DNA of 63,244 nucleotides, counting the filler, from Olpidium bornovanus S191 (lineage: Eukaryota; Fungi; Olpidiomycota), in assembly GCA_017911155.1 (NCBI GenBank). It is 27 parts of 27 records of this genome, joined end to end, with 100 filler letters (N's around TTAATTAATTAA, not from the genome) between each part and the next. Parts side by side here need not be neighbours in the genome. Positions count along the whole stretch, not along the records: positions 1 to 2,023 come from JAEFCI010009751.1; positions 2,124 to 4,402 come from JAEFCI010004394.1; positions 4,503 to 5,513 come from JAEFCI010012733.1; positions 5,614 to 6,951 come from JAEFCI010003098.1; positions 7,052 to 10,207 come from JAEFCI010001353.1; positions 10,308 to 14,619 come from JAEFCI010007351.1; 21 more parts are not named here. One strand, 5' to 3'. Below the pieces are notes generated by a model. The model worked only from the letters and a program-made list of their open reading frames with translations, had not been told where the DNA came from and searched no databases. Of this stretch, positions 1 through 10,713 are shown piece by piece. Each line of letters begins with the position of its first letter. The stretch's first letter is position 1. The translations under genes and the position numbers were made by a program.

Positions 1-311
1 CATGCACACGCTGGGCGCGAGGCTTCGCCCCGGCCTGTGACAGGGGGTTACTTTTGTCGTCGGCCGTTCACGAAATCAGACGGCCGGCGGGCAATTTCGG
101 CCAGGCAAAAAAGCTCGTCCGTTTTCTGCCGCACCCGCCGCTCTTCCACACCGTCTCGCCGGGCTGTTTTTCCGGCATTGCAGCGTTCTCGCCCCCGTAC
201 GCCCTGTCCTTCTTCCTGGGCGTGCAAAGCGAACTCGACCGCGCTGGTCACGACGAGAAAGGCAGGCCCGCCTCGCACCGCAGAACTTGGGGGCTTGTCT
301 ACGCACGCCCA

Positions 312-2023
312 ATGTCGGTCGCCGACGAGCTCCTCGCGGACCTGGAAGCGCTGGACGATGCGGACCTGGAGGATGCTGACCAGCAGGGCCTCGAAGCCGC
401 GGGCAACGGCGCCGGCGGCAGCACTGACTCCGACTTGGCCGACCTGGAGGAGCTGCCTGACGCGGAGGAGGACGATGCCGGGGGCGGCGGGACGCACGCG
501 GGCCGGGACGAGGAGCAGGCGGATTCCCATGACAAGGACGTCACTTCTGTGGCGCGCCTGCTGCACTCGGCGAAGATGAGGCACGTCCGGGAACGGATCG
601 AGTACTACCGGGAGCTCCGCTGCCGGGGGGAGGAAGCAACTGCCGGGTCCCAAGAGAAGCAGCAACAGCAGCATGTGCCGGGCGCGGGACCGGCCGAGGC
701 GGACCCAGAGTACAAGCTCGTTGTCCAGGCGAACGACCTCGCGGTTGGCATCGACGACGAGATCGTCGTCGTGCACAAGGTCGGCTGCCCGACTGCCGGC
801 GTTCTTGCGGCGAGGGAGTTATCCGTCTGCCCGTTTTCCGCCCTTCCCGCTCCTAACCCCCCTGTTAATCTCCTTCCGTAGTATATCCGCGACCATTACG
901 CACCGCGGTTCCCAGAGCTTGAGTCTCTGGTGCTCAATCCACTCGACTACGCGCGGGCAGTGCAGGCGGTTGGGAATCAAATAGACTTGACAAAAATCGA
1001 CCTTGCGCCGATACTGCCGCCCGCGACAGTCATGGTCGTTACAGTTACGGGAAGCACAACCTCGGGGAAGCCGCTTCCGGACGACGAGCTGCGGCGCGTT
1101 TCTGAGGCGTGCGACATGGCTCTGCAGCTGGACATTGTTAAGCGAACGGTAGGCGATGGGACAATCCACGATCCTCGATATTGTGATTTTCAATTTACGA
1201 CCACGCCCCACGAAACTACGAGCGGTTCCTTAAATTAATATTATTCCTGCGTAATTATAGATCCTTGAATACGTTGAATCACGGATGGCTTTCACGGCGC
1301 CCAACCTCTCGGCAATTGTCGGGGCATACACCGCGGCCCGACTTATGGGCGCGGCGGGGGGGCTCACCGCGCTTTCGAAGATGCCGGCTTGCAACATCCA
1401 GGTCCTGGGGAAAGCCAACAAGGCGGGCACGGGATTTTCGTCTGTGACCCAAAATAAGCACGCGGGTTTCATCGCTTCTTCAGAGCTGGTAGCCCGGAGA
1501 CCCCCGCCGGATTTCCGCCAGAAAATGAACAGGCTCGTAGCCGCTAAATGCGCTCTGGCGGCGCGCGTGGACAGGTCGCACGATTCCCCAGGAGGTGAGG
1601 ACGTCTTCTCCATTCCGACATAGTGTGATCAGCGGCGACCATGGCGACTTATTGTTGAGTTACACGATGCGTAGCCGAGATTGGACGCAAGCTGCGCGAG
1701 GAAATCGAGCAGAAGCTGGAAAAGTGGCAGGAGCCTCCTCCGAGCAAGGGCATCAAGGCCCTTCCGGTGCCCGACGAGGCTCCCAAGAAGCGGCGCGGCG
1801 GTCGCCGGTCTCGGGCGATGAAGGAATCGTATGCGGTGACGGAGTTACGCAAGCAGCAGAATCGGGTGGCCTTCGGGGTGGAGGAGGCGGAAACAGGCGG
1901 GACAACGGGGTCGACCAAGGGATTGGGCCTTCTGGGACAGCATATTGGCGGAGGGAAGATCCGCGCTGCCGTGGTGGACACCCGAACGCGTGCCAAGCCT
2001 GGACTCAAGACGCCAAAAGCATG
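312..2023 (+). CDS. PRP31: U4/U6 snRNP splicing factor Prp31 (Nop domain), 3' truncated
   Basis: Exons 312-779, 882-1148, 1261-1594 and 1675-2023 with GT-AG introns splice in frame. Motifs [63 protein letters not shown] and PKKRRGGRR. Confidence 0.96.
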
Positions 2024-2123
2024 NNNNNNNNNNNNNNNNNNNNNNNNNNNNNNNNNNNNNNNNNNNNTTAATTAATTAANNNNNNNNNNNNNNNNNNNNN
2101 NNNNNNNNNNNNNNNNNNNNNNN
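2024..2123. other. Artificial contig linker (44 N + TTAATTAATTAA + 44 N); first of 26 identical linkers in the window
   Basis: An identical 100-nt unit with stops in all six frames recurs at 2024, 4403, 5514, 6952, 10208, 14620, 18368, 20840, 21984, 24620, 26478, 28584, 30096, 31536, 33326, 35449, 39137, 40352, 47106, 48744, 51137, 52547, 54908, 56453, 60140 and 61646. Confidence 0.99.
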
Positions 2124-2293
2124 AGAAAAGTTTTTTTTTTTTTTTTTTTTTTTTTACACCCCCTCCTCCGCCAGGGTCCAGGGGGAGGCGGGCGCGACGC
2201 CGCGGCGCCCCTCCCCGTCTCATCCCGCACCACTTCGCCCTCAAAGCAGCGTCCCGACGCTTCCGCACATGTTTGCGTCGCGTCCGATGAGCC

Positions 2294-4324
2294 ATGCAAG
2301 TAACCAGCAACGGCGACGACAGCTTCTACACGTCGGTGCGCGAAAACGTGATCGCGCTGCTCCTTTTTCTTGCCGCCCTCGGAGCGGCCCACTGGTTCAC
2401 CGAAGAGTACAGGGTGAAGCCGTTCGCGCGCGCCGCGCAGACGCGGACCGGGAGGGCGGGCAGGACCCTGCGCGCCGGCGGACGCGGACCGCCGCGTCCG
2501 CGCGGAAGACCTGGGGTCGAGAGTGGCGGAGGGAACGCCAACGGCGAAGATTCCGACGACCAGGAATCCAGCCGCGGCGTCTCCCTCGACGACGTGTCCG
2601 GCGCCAGGGCGGCGTTCTTCGCCGCGCGACCTGCCGAGCCGCCGGCGTTCGGCCAGGTCGGGACGCTCTGCGGCTGGAGGGGACGCGTCCGAAACAGGGG
2701 GCACTCGGAGAATGTGGACTTGCTGGAGGCCGCTTCGCCGTACTACCAGGGCGTCCTGGGGCTCGTGCCGAACCTGCTCTGCTCGGCAGCGCTGGCGGTT
2801 GCACTGTCTGGTTTCGTGCTGCCCCTGGTGACGATCGTGTTCACGGGTTGCGTCCGCAGCCAGCCGGACAGGGCGGGGGAATGGATCGAGTGGCTGGACA
2901 CCTCGTTACTCAGCAGGCTGTGGCGCTACACCTTCCACGGCATCCACGTCTCGCTCTTCCTGCTCGTTCCGTTCGCGTACTTCTACAGCGAGGCCGACAT
3001 TGTGCGCGGCGCAGCGGCCAAGGCGCGCGAGTCCGGTCTGATTCTGTCCATGACGGCCGTGCTGGGTTACGGCCTCATCTACGTGGTGAAGCGACTGCTG
3101 GACGCGGAGAACATCTCGGATACTTCGGTCATAGAATTTTTTACGGCCGGCGCCAGCGCAGTCCTGTGCCTGTCCCTTGCGCCGGCGGGGTTCATGTCTC
3201 TTCTCTCTGCAATCAAGGACCTGCCTCTGCGCCCGAACTACCGGCGAGAGCTCCAGGACCTGCTGGTGCAGCTCCAGTTTGAGACGGAGGTGGTCCGCCA
3301 GAGGTTGGAGGCCCTGGAACCGCCGGACGAGAGAGACTCCAAGCTGCCAGATGCGCAGTCGGGGAACGGCAGCTGGAACCTGGCGAGGCGGAGGAAAATC
3401 TCCGAACGGCCGTTCCGCACGACCGATCGACTGCCCGCATCCGAGCCGGCGGCCTCGCGGGCCTCGCCGACCAAAGATTCGTACCCGGCCGCGCCCCGCG
3501 GCCGGCGACGGTCGTCATCGTGGGCGGGCAGAGATTCTCCCGGGATGACGCGGAGAGTGAGGTCGGCGATGGTCAAACTACCTTCGCAAGCGAATTTGTC
3601 GCAAGCGAAGATCGAGGCGCGACAGCTGGCGGCGAGGATGGAGGAGTTGCAAATGGAGCGACTGTCCGCGATGCGGAATTCGGGCCAGTCTCCGCTGAGG
3701 CGGAACCTGCTTTTCCTTGTCCTGTTTTTCCTGTCGGCTGCCGCCTGGTGCCTCTTCGTCGCGGCGGTGACATTGTCACTGGTCCACGGCCTGCTGCCGA
3801 ACTCGAGTCTGCGCGAGATCCTGCACGGCGGCGGCAGTTTCGTCAGCGAGAGCGCGACTTCTCCGCAGCTTGGCCGACGGGCGACGCCGACGACGTTTCC
3901 GGAACCCCCACCCCCGTCCCGGATGGTGCCACCCGCGGCGAGTTTCAACTCGCCGCTGTCCCTGCTATTCGCCACCGAGCTCCCAGTGGTGGAGACCGCC
4001 GTTGTGGTATACTTCTGCCTTGGTCTCGCTGCGGGCGTTCTGACCTCGCCGACGTTCGCCGGCCTGCGGCCGAGGCCGCACGCGACAGGAACGAGGGAGC
4101 TGTCGGGTTTTATCGCCATAGGCCTTTTCCTCGCCTCGTCGCTGCCGTTCGTCGTGAGGATCCTGGGCTTGTCAGCCTCCCTCCCGCTCCCCTGGGATCT
4201 GGACGATGCCATCGACTCGTTTCCCGGCGGCAAGGTCTGGGTCCTGTCTGCCTACCGCCTCGTCATGCTCATTCGCACCACGTACTACATGCTGGACTCG
4301 ATTTTGTTTTCCAGATTGAAATGA
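2294..4324 (+). CDS. LMBR1/LMBR1L-family multi-pass membrane protein, 676 aa, apparently single exon
   Basis: Long ORF with about 9 hydrophobic segments. VRENVIALLLFL, RLWRYTFHGIHVSLFLLVPFAYFYSEA and RRNLLFLVLF match the LMBR1 family layout, including the large central cytosolic loop. Confidence 0.8.
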   Translation: MQVTSNGDDSFYTSVRENVIALLLFLAALGAAHWFTEEYRVKPFARAAQTRTGRAGRTLRAGGRGPPRPRGRPGVESGGGNANGEDSDDQESSRGVSLDDVSGARAAFFAARPAEPPAFGQVGTLCGWRGRVRNRGHSENVDLLEAASPYYQGVLGLVPNLLCSAALAVALSGFVLPLVTIVFTGCVRSQPDRAGEWIEWLDTSLLSRLWRYTFHGIHVSLFLLVPFAYFYSEADIVRGAAAKARESGLILSMTAVLGYGLIYVVKRLLDAENISDTSVIEFFTAGASAVLCLSLAPAGFMSLLSAIKDLPLRPNYRRELQDLLVQLQFETEVVRQRLEALEPPDERDSKLPDAQSGNGSWNLARRRKISERPFRTTDRLPASEPAASRASPTKDSYPAAPRGRRRSSSWAGRDSPGMTRRVRSAMVKLPSQANLSQAKIEARQLAARMEELQMERLSAMRNSGQSPLRRNLLFLVLFFLSAAAWCLFVAAVTLSLVHGLLPNSSLREILHGGGSFVSESATSPQLGRRATPTTFPEPPPPSRMVPPAASFNSPLSLLFATELPVVETAVVVYFCLGLAAGVLTSPTFAGLRPRPHATGTRELSGFIAIGLFLASSLPFVVRILGLSASLPLPWDLDDAIDSFPGGKVWVLSAYRLVMLIRTTYYMLDSILFSRLK

Positions 4325-4870
4325 GGGACCCGTTTGCCCGCTCTACCTCACACGACCTCACCCCCACTCTCCTCTCCTCCTTCCCCCCCCCCTCTCTCCC
4401 CCNNNNNNNNNNNNNNNNNNNNNNNNNNNNNNNNNNNNNNNNNNNNTTAATTAATTAANNNNNNNNNNNNNNNNNNNNNNNNNNNNNNNNNNNNNNNNNN
4501 NNCATGAATTCGTTGCCATACGTAAAAGAAAAGTTTGCCGTGAAACCTCGCCAACAGACAGAGGCACCTTTGCGCGGTTTTGCCCCAGAATAGTAGGCTG
4601 CGTTCGGCGGAATTGCCGCCTTTGCGGAATCGGCCTGCTGCTACGTCCGGAGTCCACGTCATATAACCGACTCCCCTTCCCCGCCCCGCGCGGCTCTTAT
4701 TTCGAATTTGCGTACCCGCAGGCCTCCAACGGTCCAAGAAGCAACCGTCGTGAATCACATAACAGCGATTGCTAGAAAAAAACCACTTTCTCGCCCCTTG
4801 TCCAACGGCACGCACGTCAGAAAAGCCCGCACGGGAAAATCCGGCGGCAAATTTTTGCGTTTTTCTAAGG

Positions 4871-5512
4871 TTACGAGGATACAAGGTACTTGCCGCTCGC
4901 GTACTGCTTTACGACATCGACAAGCCCCGTGTCCGCCTGGACGCTGACGCCGGACGGGGCCGTGCCGCGGACGACAAACCGAAATACGACGGTCGACGTG
5001 CCGGACGCCTGCTCCGAAGTTCCAATCCGGGCTAGCAGGCGGGCCCACTTGGGTTTCGCACCCCGATTATCCACTGGCGGTGTCACCAGGTCTTCCAGTG
5101 AATCCCAGAACAGCGCCCGTCGCTCGCGGGCCCAAATGCCCTCGGGTTTCGAGACGCAGCTTCCCAGCTCGCCGCCGTCTTCCAAACCGGCCATCACCGC
5201 CAGCCCCTCCACCCGCTGGTCCCGGAGGGCAGGGTGGCACTCCGCGTTAGGGCCGTAGGTAACAAGCAGGGACGCCTGCCGCGGCTCGCACCTCCAGAGC
5301 ACGGTCGCGCCGATCGGGCAGAAGCTCATCCGCTCCTTCTCGGATACCCGGACCTGGTACTTCAGCACGGTTACCGGTCGCGGTTCCTCTCCGTCATGCT
5401 CAGGGCCGCCGGATGCCGCAACGAGACCTTCCGCGTTCACCGCATATCGAAACTCCCCTTCCTGACGCCCGACCTCCGATAATAGAGTCGAGTTCAGGAC
5501 CACTCTTTCCAG
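4871..5512 (-). CDS. C-terminal mu-homology domain of a muniscin (Syp1/FCHo-like) endocytic adaptor, 5' truncated
   Basis: PVTVLKYQV, WRCEPRQASLLVTY, SKPEGIWARERRALFW, FRFVVRGTAPSGVSV and terminal KQYASGKYL are typical muHD motifs. Confidence 0.75.
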   Translation of the reverse strand: MERVVLNSTLLSEVGRQEGEFRYAVNAEGLVAASGGPEHDGEEPRPVTVLKYQVRVSEKERMSFCPIGATVLWRCEPRQASLLVTYGPNAECHPALRDQRVEGLAVMAGLEDGGELGSCVSKPEGIWARERRALFWDSLEDLVTPPVDNRGAKPKWARLLARIGTSEQASGTSTVVFRFVVRGTAPSGVSVQADTGLVDVVKQYASGKYLVSS

Positions 5513-5648
5513 ANNNNNNNNNNNNNNNNNNNNNNNNNNNNNNNNNNNNNNNNNNNNTTAATTAATTAANNNNNNNNNNNNNNNNNNNNNNNNNNNNNNN
5601 NNNNNNNNNNNNNGGCCTGGCGGGGGGGGGGGGGGGGGGGGGGGGGGG

Positions 5649-5711
<63 letters not shown>

Positions 5712-5743
5712 AGGCGGGGTGCGGGGAATGCGGGGCGGCGGCG

Positions 5744-6270
5744 TGTTGATATCAGAGCCGGAGGGAGGAGGACCCGGAAAAAAAAAAACACCGAGAACCC
5801 CGCAGACGGAGACGCGGGTGAGTCCGTGAGGAGATCCAGGGTAGAAAGAAAACTGTATTTGTGGCGTTGCTTTACTTAGCGCTGCGAGGCCTGATTTACA
5901 CGGCGAAGAGCTAAGGTTTCACGTGTGACTTTCACGTTCGCGCGCGGGTCCGCGTATGCTGTGCTTCTCTTGGTCCATTTTGCCTTTGTATCTTGACATT
6001 CCGGGCGATTGGTCGCCCCGACGGCAACCACTCCGGCCATCTCCCGGAACTTGATGAACTTCCCTTTATCCAAAGGCTTGGTAAAGATGTCCCGGGGATT
6101 GTCCCTCGGAGGCGACACGTTTGATTTGGATGGCTTTATCCTCGACACATCGCCTTAGGTGGTGGTAGCGGATGTCGATGTGCTTTGTTCTTGACGAGGC
6201 TTTCGAGTCGCTGGTCAGTTGCGCGGGGCACGTGTATTGTCAATTCGGAGTTTCGTTGGATTCTCCGTTA
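5744..6270 (-). mobile_element. Degenerate Ty1/copia 3' end: RNase H remnant plus putative LTR (about 5744-5998)
   Basis: Frameshifted PTKLRIDNT..SRTKHIDIRYHHLRRCVEDKAIQIKRVASE(DNPA)DIFTKPLDKGKFIKFR. The LTR starts TGTTG and ends ..GACA, and shares cccgcagacggagacgcggg and gaaaactgyatt..ggcgttgctt with the LTR at 11971-12212. Confidence 0.75.
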
Positions 6271-6289
6271 CCTTTCCGTCCGCAGCCAC

Positions 6290-6730
6290 TGCGTCTCTCT
6301 TTCCTCTTTTTCTCTATCTCTGTTTTTCCACTGAATCATTTGCTCGAGGGGAGTGGGGTGGGTGTTACGTATAAATCGAATTCCCGAGCGTCATGAATAA
6401 GCAAACACAAAGGCAGATACCCCCAACGATTAAGACAACAGAGACCAGCTTGTTCCGCGGCAGTTTCCAGCTTGGCTATGAAGCTGCTTAGAGCCGTTGC
6501 TCCCGCGATCCCGTTGAAAGCGGGGACTGCGGACAGCACGGTTCCTGGCCAGTAGGTCGCTTGCCCTTACCTTCTTGGCGGCTATGACCTCGTCGGTCGG
6601 TTTGGTTTCCGAGTTCAAGCCCTGGTTCTGTCAGTCCCGCAATCGTGGCGCGGCGGTCAGCTAGCCGTTGGAGCGCCTCGACTTGTCGTCTGAGGACATC
6701 TGTCTCGTTTTTGCGTTTGCTCGGCTTCTC
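6290..6730 (-). mobile_element. Frameshifted retrotransposon gag-like remnant (Ty3/gypsy capsid-like)
   Basis: Joining three frames gives DVLRRQVEALQRLAD..., SETKPTDEVIAAKK... and VPAFNGIAGATALSSFIAKLETAAEQAG...WGYLPLCLLIHDAREF. This resembles the capsid P-F-x-G motif region. Confidence 0.45.
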
Positions 6731-6826
6731 GACGTGCTCTCTCCTCTTGCTTCTGGGGCGAACAGGGCCGGGCAGGGAGGGAGTGCGCATGAAAAAACCC
6801 CGCCCCCGCCGTGAAGAGCGGGCGGG

Positions 6827-6859
<33 letters not shown>

Positions 6860-6878
6860 CGCCCTCCGGTTCGGAGGG

Positions 6879-6951
<73 letters not shown>

Positions 6952-7051
6952 NNNNNNNNNNNNNNNNNNNNNNNNNNNNNNNNNNNNNNNNNNNNTTAAT
7001 TAATTAANNNNNNNNNNNNNNNNNNNNNNNNNNNNNNNNNNNNNNNNNNNN

Positions 7052-7084
<33 letters not shown>

Positions 7085-7103
7085 AACCCACCCCAGCTCC
7101 GCG

Positions 7104-8535
7104 ATGCGCCTGCAACGCGTTCTCCTCGCGGCCTCGTCCGTCGTCCTGGCTGCCCGGGGAATCCCGGCCCAGGCCCCCGGCGAAACCGCCGAACCCGGCG
7201 CGGGCGCGTCCCCGGCGTCGGCGTCCGCGGCCGGCGCCGGCGATCACGAACCGCACGCGACCTGGGAACCCCTCGTCCCGACGACTCCGGCCGCGGAGTC
7301 CCTCGCCCCGACGACTCCGGCCGCGGAGTCCCTCATTCCGACAACTCCGGCAGAGGAGCTGCCGACCCTCACCACCGTCGAGGGCGGGGCCAGTTCGTCG
7401 TCGCCGGACGACCTCGCGCGCTGTCACGGCCCGTGTCCACCCAAACACCCTTCCCCTTTGCCTCCGACGCCCGTTTGCCCGGGAGGTAAAAGACGGCGGG
7501 GCGGCTGTTGGTGCCCCTTCTCCCCCCCCCCCCCCCCCCCCCCCCCTTCCCCCCTTCCCTCCCCCCGGCCCCGGTAGTGGACTGCGACTGACAGGCCGCG
7601 TCCGTTTCGCCACCCCACTTTCCTGTTCTTTTTCTTTTTGTTTACGTCGCTCCGCCGTACCGAAGGATGTCCTCGTCCGCCCAAGCCGACTTACTGTGAC
7701 GTGTGTCCGGCTCCGGCGTACACGTACACTCCGCCGCCGGCGCCGCCGCGGCCGACCTGCACCAGCGACTGCCCGCTCACGTACCCCGTCCCGCCGCCGC
7801 CGAAGCCGACCAAGCCCTGCCCACCCCGGCCCGACTGCAAAAGCGGGCGGTACAAGCGCTTCTACGACTTCGGCCGCAACAGCGGGTCCGGCCTCGTCCG
7901 CGCCCTCCTCCAGGGCTACGAAGACTGCGCGGACGTCGACCGCACCGTCGGGATCCTTCAGGAAAAAGCTCCTTCCTTTCCGGTAACGGCGGGCGGTCCT
8001 TTTCTTTCGCCTTTTTGCTCCGGGGCCGATCGACCTTTTTTTTTAAATCTTTTATTTTTTTTTTCTCACTCGCTCTCTTTTATCGTTTTGTTTTTTCCGG
8101 ACCTTCCGCCCGCTCAAGAATACCGTGGGCACGTCGCCTTCGCTTTACTGCCGCAAACTGGGCGTTTACACCGGATACGTCGAAGCCGTCGACGTTTTCG
8201 AGGACAAGTGCGTTATCAGGTGCCGCGACGACGGCAAGCAGATCGGCGCGGAGGCCGCGTACCTCCTGTGCAGTAAGTCAGCGCAGCCTTGTTCGACCTC
8301 TGAAAGACTACAGCGCGGGCTGATCTGTTTTCGTGTCCCCTCCTTCCCCCCCAATCCCCCGCGCCTTCAAGACCTTCCCACTGCTCGCATCGCTCGCTTC
8401 GACATCTGTGAGATATCCTACGACGCGGGCTGCGCGCTGGCGTTCGAGGACACTATCCGCAACTACTGCCCGACGGAGTTGGGTTCCGAACGATACAACG
8501 CGGTAAAACGCCAGGTCTGCGCCTTCAGTAACTAG
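7104..8535 (+). CDS. Secreted protein: signal peptide, Thr/Pro repeats, extensin-like Pro/Cys/Tyr region and Cys-rich C-terminal domain
   Basis: Exons 7104-7485, 7666-7982, 8119-8272 and 8372-8535 splice in frame via GT-AG. N-terminus MRLQRVLLAASSVVLAARG is signal-like. Proline-rich YTPPPAPPRPTC segments follow. Confidence 0.75.
7277..7360 (+). repeat. 30-bp coding tandem repeat, about 3 copies (PTTPAAESL-like)
   Basis: ccgacgactccggccgcggagtccctc is repeated at a 30-nt period; the third copy is diverged. Confidence 0.9.
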
Positions 8536-9365
8536 GGCGGAAAAAACAAGGCGAAACGATAGCGGGGCCATCCCCTCCCCGCCCGCCGGACTGCGGTTTC
8601 CGCGATATACCTTAGACAGGACTCGGTCGCGAGCAACAGGACCTTGTCGATATCGGGCCCAAGAGCCACTACACTAGAGTAGGGAGCAATTAGGCTAGAA
8701 TAGGTAGCCCACTCCCGGCTGCAGATATACCGCGAATCCCCCGTTTTTAACTTGGCGCGAGCGCGACGCCTCCAGCTCAGAAAAGGCTGTTATGCGGAAG
8801 TACTTTATTGCAAGCTAAACTCCCGCGTCGTCTCCTGCCACTCCTTAGGGCCTGTTGCATTCGCCTGAGCGGAGCAATGCCTCGCGCCACACCGGCGGTG
8901 CGTTTCACTAGCGCTCCGTTCATCCCCCTGCCCGGTTTTGCTTCGGTCCTGGATGCAGAAAATAACGACGCTGGATCCATCCGGGTTTCGGAAAGCGTGG
9001 ACTGGCCGGCGAACCTGGGAAACGGGAATTATTGCGGCGATAATGGAAACCGTGCAGGGATGGCAGCCTGTGTCGGCCATTGGCAGATTTTCGGCATAAT
9101 TTGGCATAATTCTCGTGCGAAGATGCAAATCGCGGAATGCTGACGGTGGTCCGAGTGATGCGACGCCGGAAAGCGATCGATGGTCAACCGCAGCGGCAGA
9201 TGCGGCGGAAACGCAAGGTCGCCACAAAGAAGGCTTTGTGACCACCGGCTGATATCTCTCTCACAGGGTTTTCGCAAGATCCGCACGGCCTCCCCTTGTT
9301 TACCGGCGCGGCCGACGCCGTTTCCGAATAAGTGTTTGCCGCGGGGTGCCCCCCCGCGGGGCGGC

Positions 9366-10207
9366 CTAGCTCTCGTCAGACCCGTCCGACGAATACCAGA
9401 CGTCCGCCTCCTGAAAATACCACGGTTTATCCTCCGGTTCGGCTTTCACCGCCTGGTTGCCCGCCGAGCGCCCGAAAACCGAGACGACTGTCAGTTTTCG
9501 TTTTCGAGAAACCTGGCCGCAATATAGCAAAGCCGACCGTGATCTGCGCGCGAGAAAGGAAAAAGAAAAAAAAGGGGGGGAGGGAGGGGGGTGCCGAAAG
9601 CGATGCGTCGAACCGGCGTACCTTGTCCATGATGCCCTTCGCCTCGTCACGCTCGCGCTCCCATATTTCAAGGATCCGCTTGTCCGTTTGGGATGCGCGC
9701 ATTTTCAGCTGGTACAGCTCTTCCTTCAACGCGTGCACCCCTTGTAAATGAGCGCGATTTGGAAAAAATTATGCTTAAAAACTCCAGGTGCAATTCCGCG
9801 CGGGCGGCGGCGGCAAAGATTCCGCAGCAACTCACTGTGCTGTAACTGTTTCACGCAGGCGCGGACGCCGAAACAAGGGAGCGGCGCATGTCAGCTCTCC
9901 TGCGCAGGAGGAGCATGCGGGAAAAAAAGGAGATTGTCGCGGGGAAACCCCGTGTAATTACCTGGAGCTGACGGAAACCCGGCCTTTCGATAACAATTTT
10001 CGCCACTTCCTCGCGGGTGACCCCGTACCTGCGTTAAGATCAAAAAATAACGGTCGAAGGTGGGTAAAACCGCGGGCGTGCGACGGCATGAACAAGTTGA
10101 CGCCGGCCCGCGGGGAATGCGACACGCAACTTTTCGAGGTTCGCTTTCCACCGCTTCCTAAACTCCTCGACGGTCATCTTGTCTGGGCACATCACCGAAC
10201 GAGCGGG
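9366..10207 (-). CDS. Unidentified multi-exon protein, C-terminal part (coiled coil plus acidic tail), 5' truncated
   Basis: Exons 10207-10131, 10028-9962, 9845-9836, 9740-9622 and 9452-9366 join with matching phases to give ...CPDKMTVEEFRKRWKANLEKYGVTREEVAKIVIERPGFRQLQLQHRVHALKEELYQLKMRASQTDKRILEIWERERDEAKGIMDKAVKAEPEDKPWYFQEADVWYSSDGSDES*. Confidence 0.65.
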
Positions 10208-10713
10208 NNNNNNNNNNNNNNNNNNNNNNNNNNNNNNNNNNNNNNNNNNNNTTAATTAATTAANNNNNNNNNNNNNNNNNNNNNNNNNNNNNNNNNNNNN
10301 NNNNNNNAAATGCGTGGACCGACGGGGCACACACGTGTATGGGCGCGAGACTTTCTAGCGAGTGAAACGCTCGCGTCCTCGGCGGCCAAAAGCGCGGGGG
10401 CAATGTACAACCCTAATGAGGGCCCATGTATGCCGCCCGCCTGCTCACCACTCCGAATGCACAAGCGCGGAAAAATATTTTGGATGACGATGGCGCGTGA
10501 AACACAAGTTTTGCCCTCAAGGTCGGGCGTGCGAAGGAGAAATTGTCAGATGACGGCCCTCCGACGTAATGGTATTTCGCCTCTGGATGACGCGGAGGGG
10601 TTTTTTTTTATAGGATCAGCTTAGGTGACATGGAGCCTCCGGCGGAAGATGAAAATGGGATCATTTTGAATCGTCTCCCTCTGCAGCCGCAAACAACGCA
10701 GCACGGTCCCAAC

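Noticed and set aside
2068-2079. Regularly recurring TTAATTAATTAA motif flanked by N runs (CRISPR-like or repeat-like)
   Set aside because: It is an artificial six-frame-stop linker between contigs, not biological sequence.
2294-4324. Functional B12 link between the LMBR1-like gene and MTRR
   Set aside because: They are on different contigs, and the protein looks LMBR1/LMBR1L-type rather than the cobalamin exporter LMBRD1.
5614-5720. Very long poly-G, poly-A and mixed homopolymer blocks at contig ends (also 6879-6951, 7052-7082, 31640-31700, 33430-33510, 60075-60139, 63205-63244)
   Set aside because: They lie at contig termini where read quality collapses, so their length and order are unreliable; they also generate spurious poly-Pro, poly-Lys and poly-Gly ORFs.
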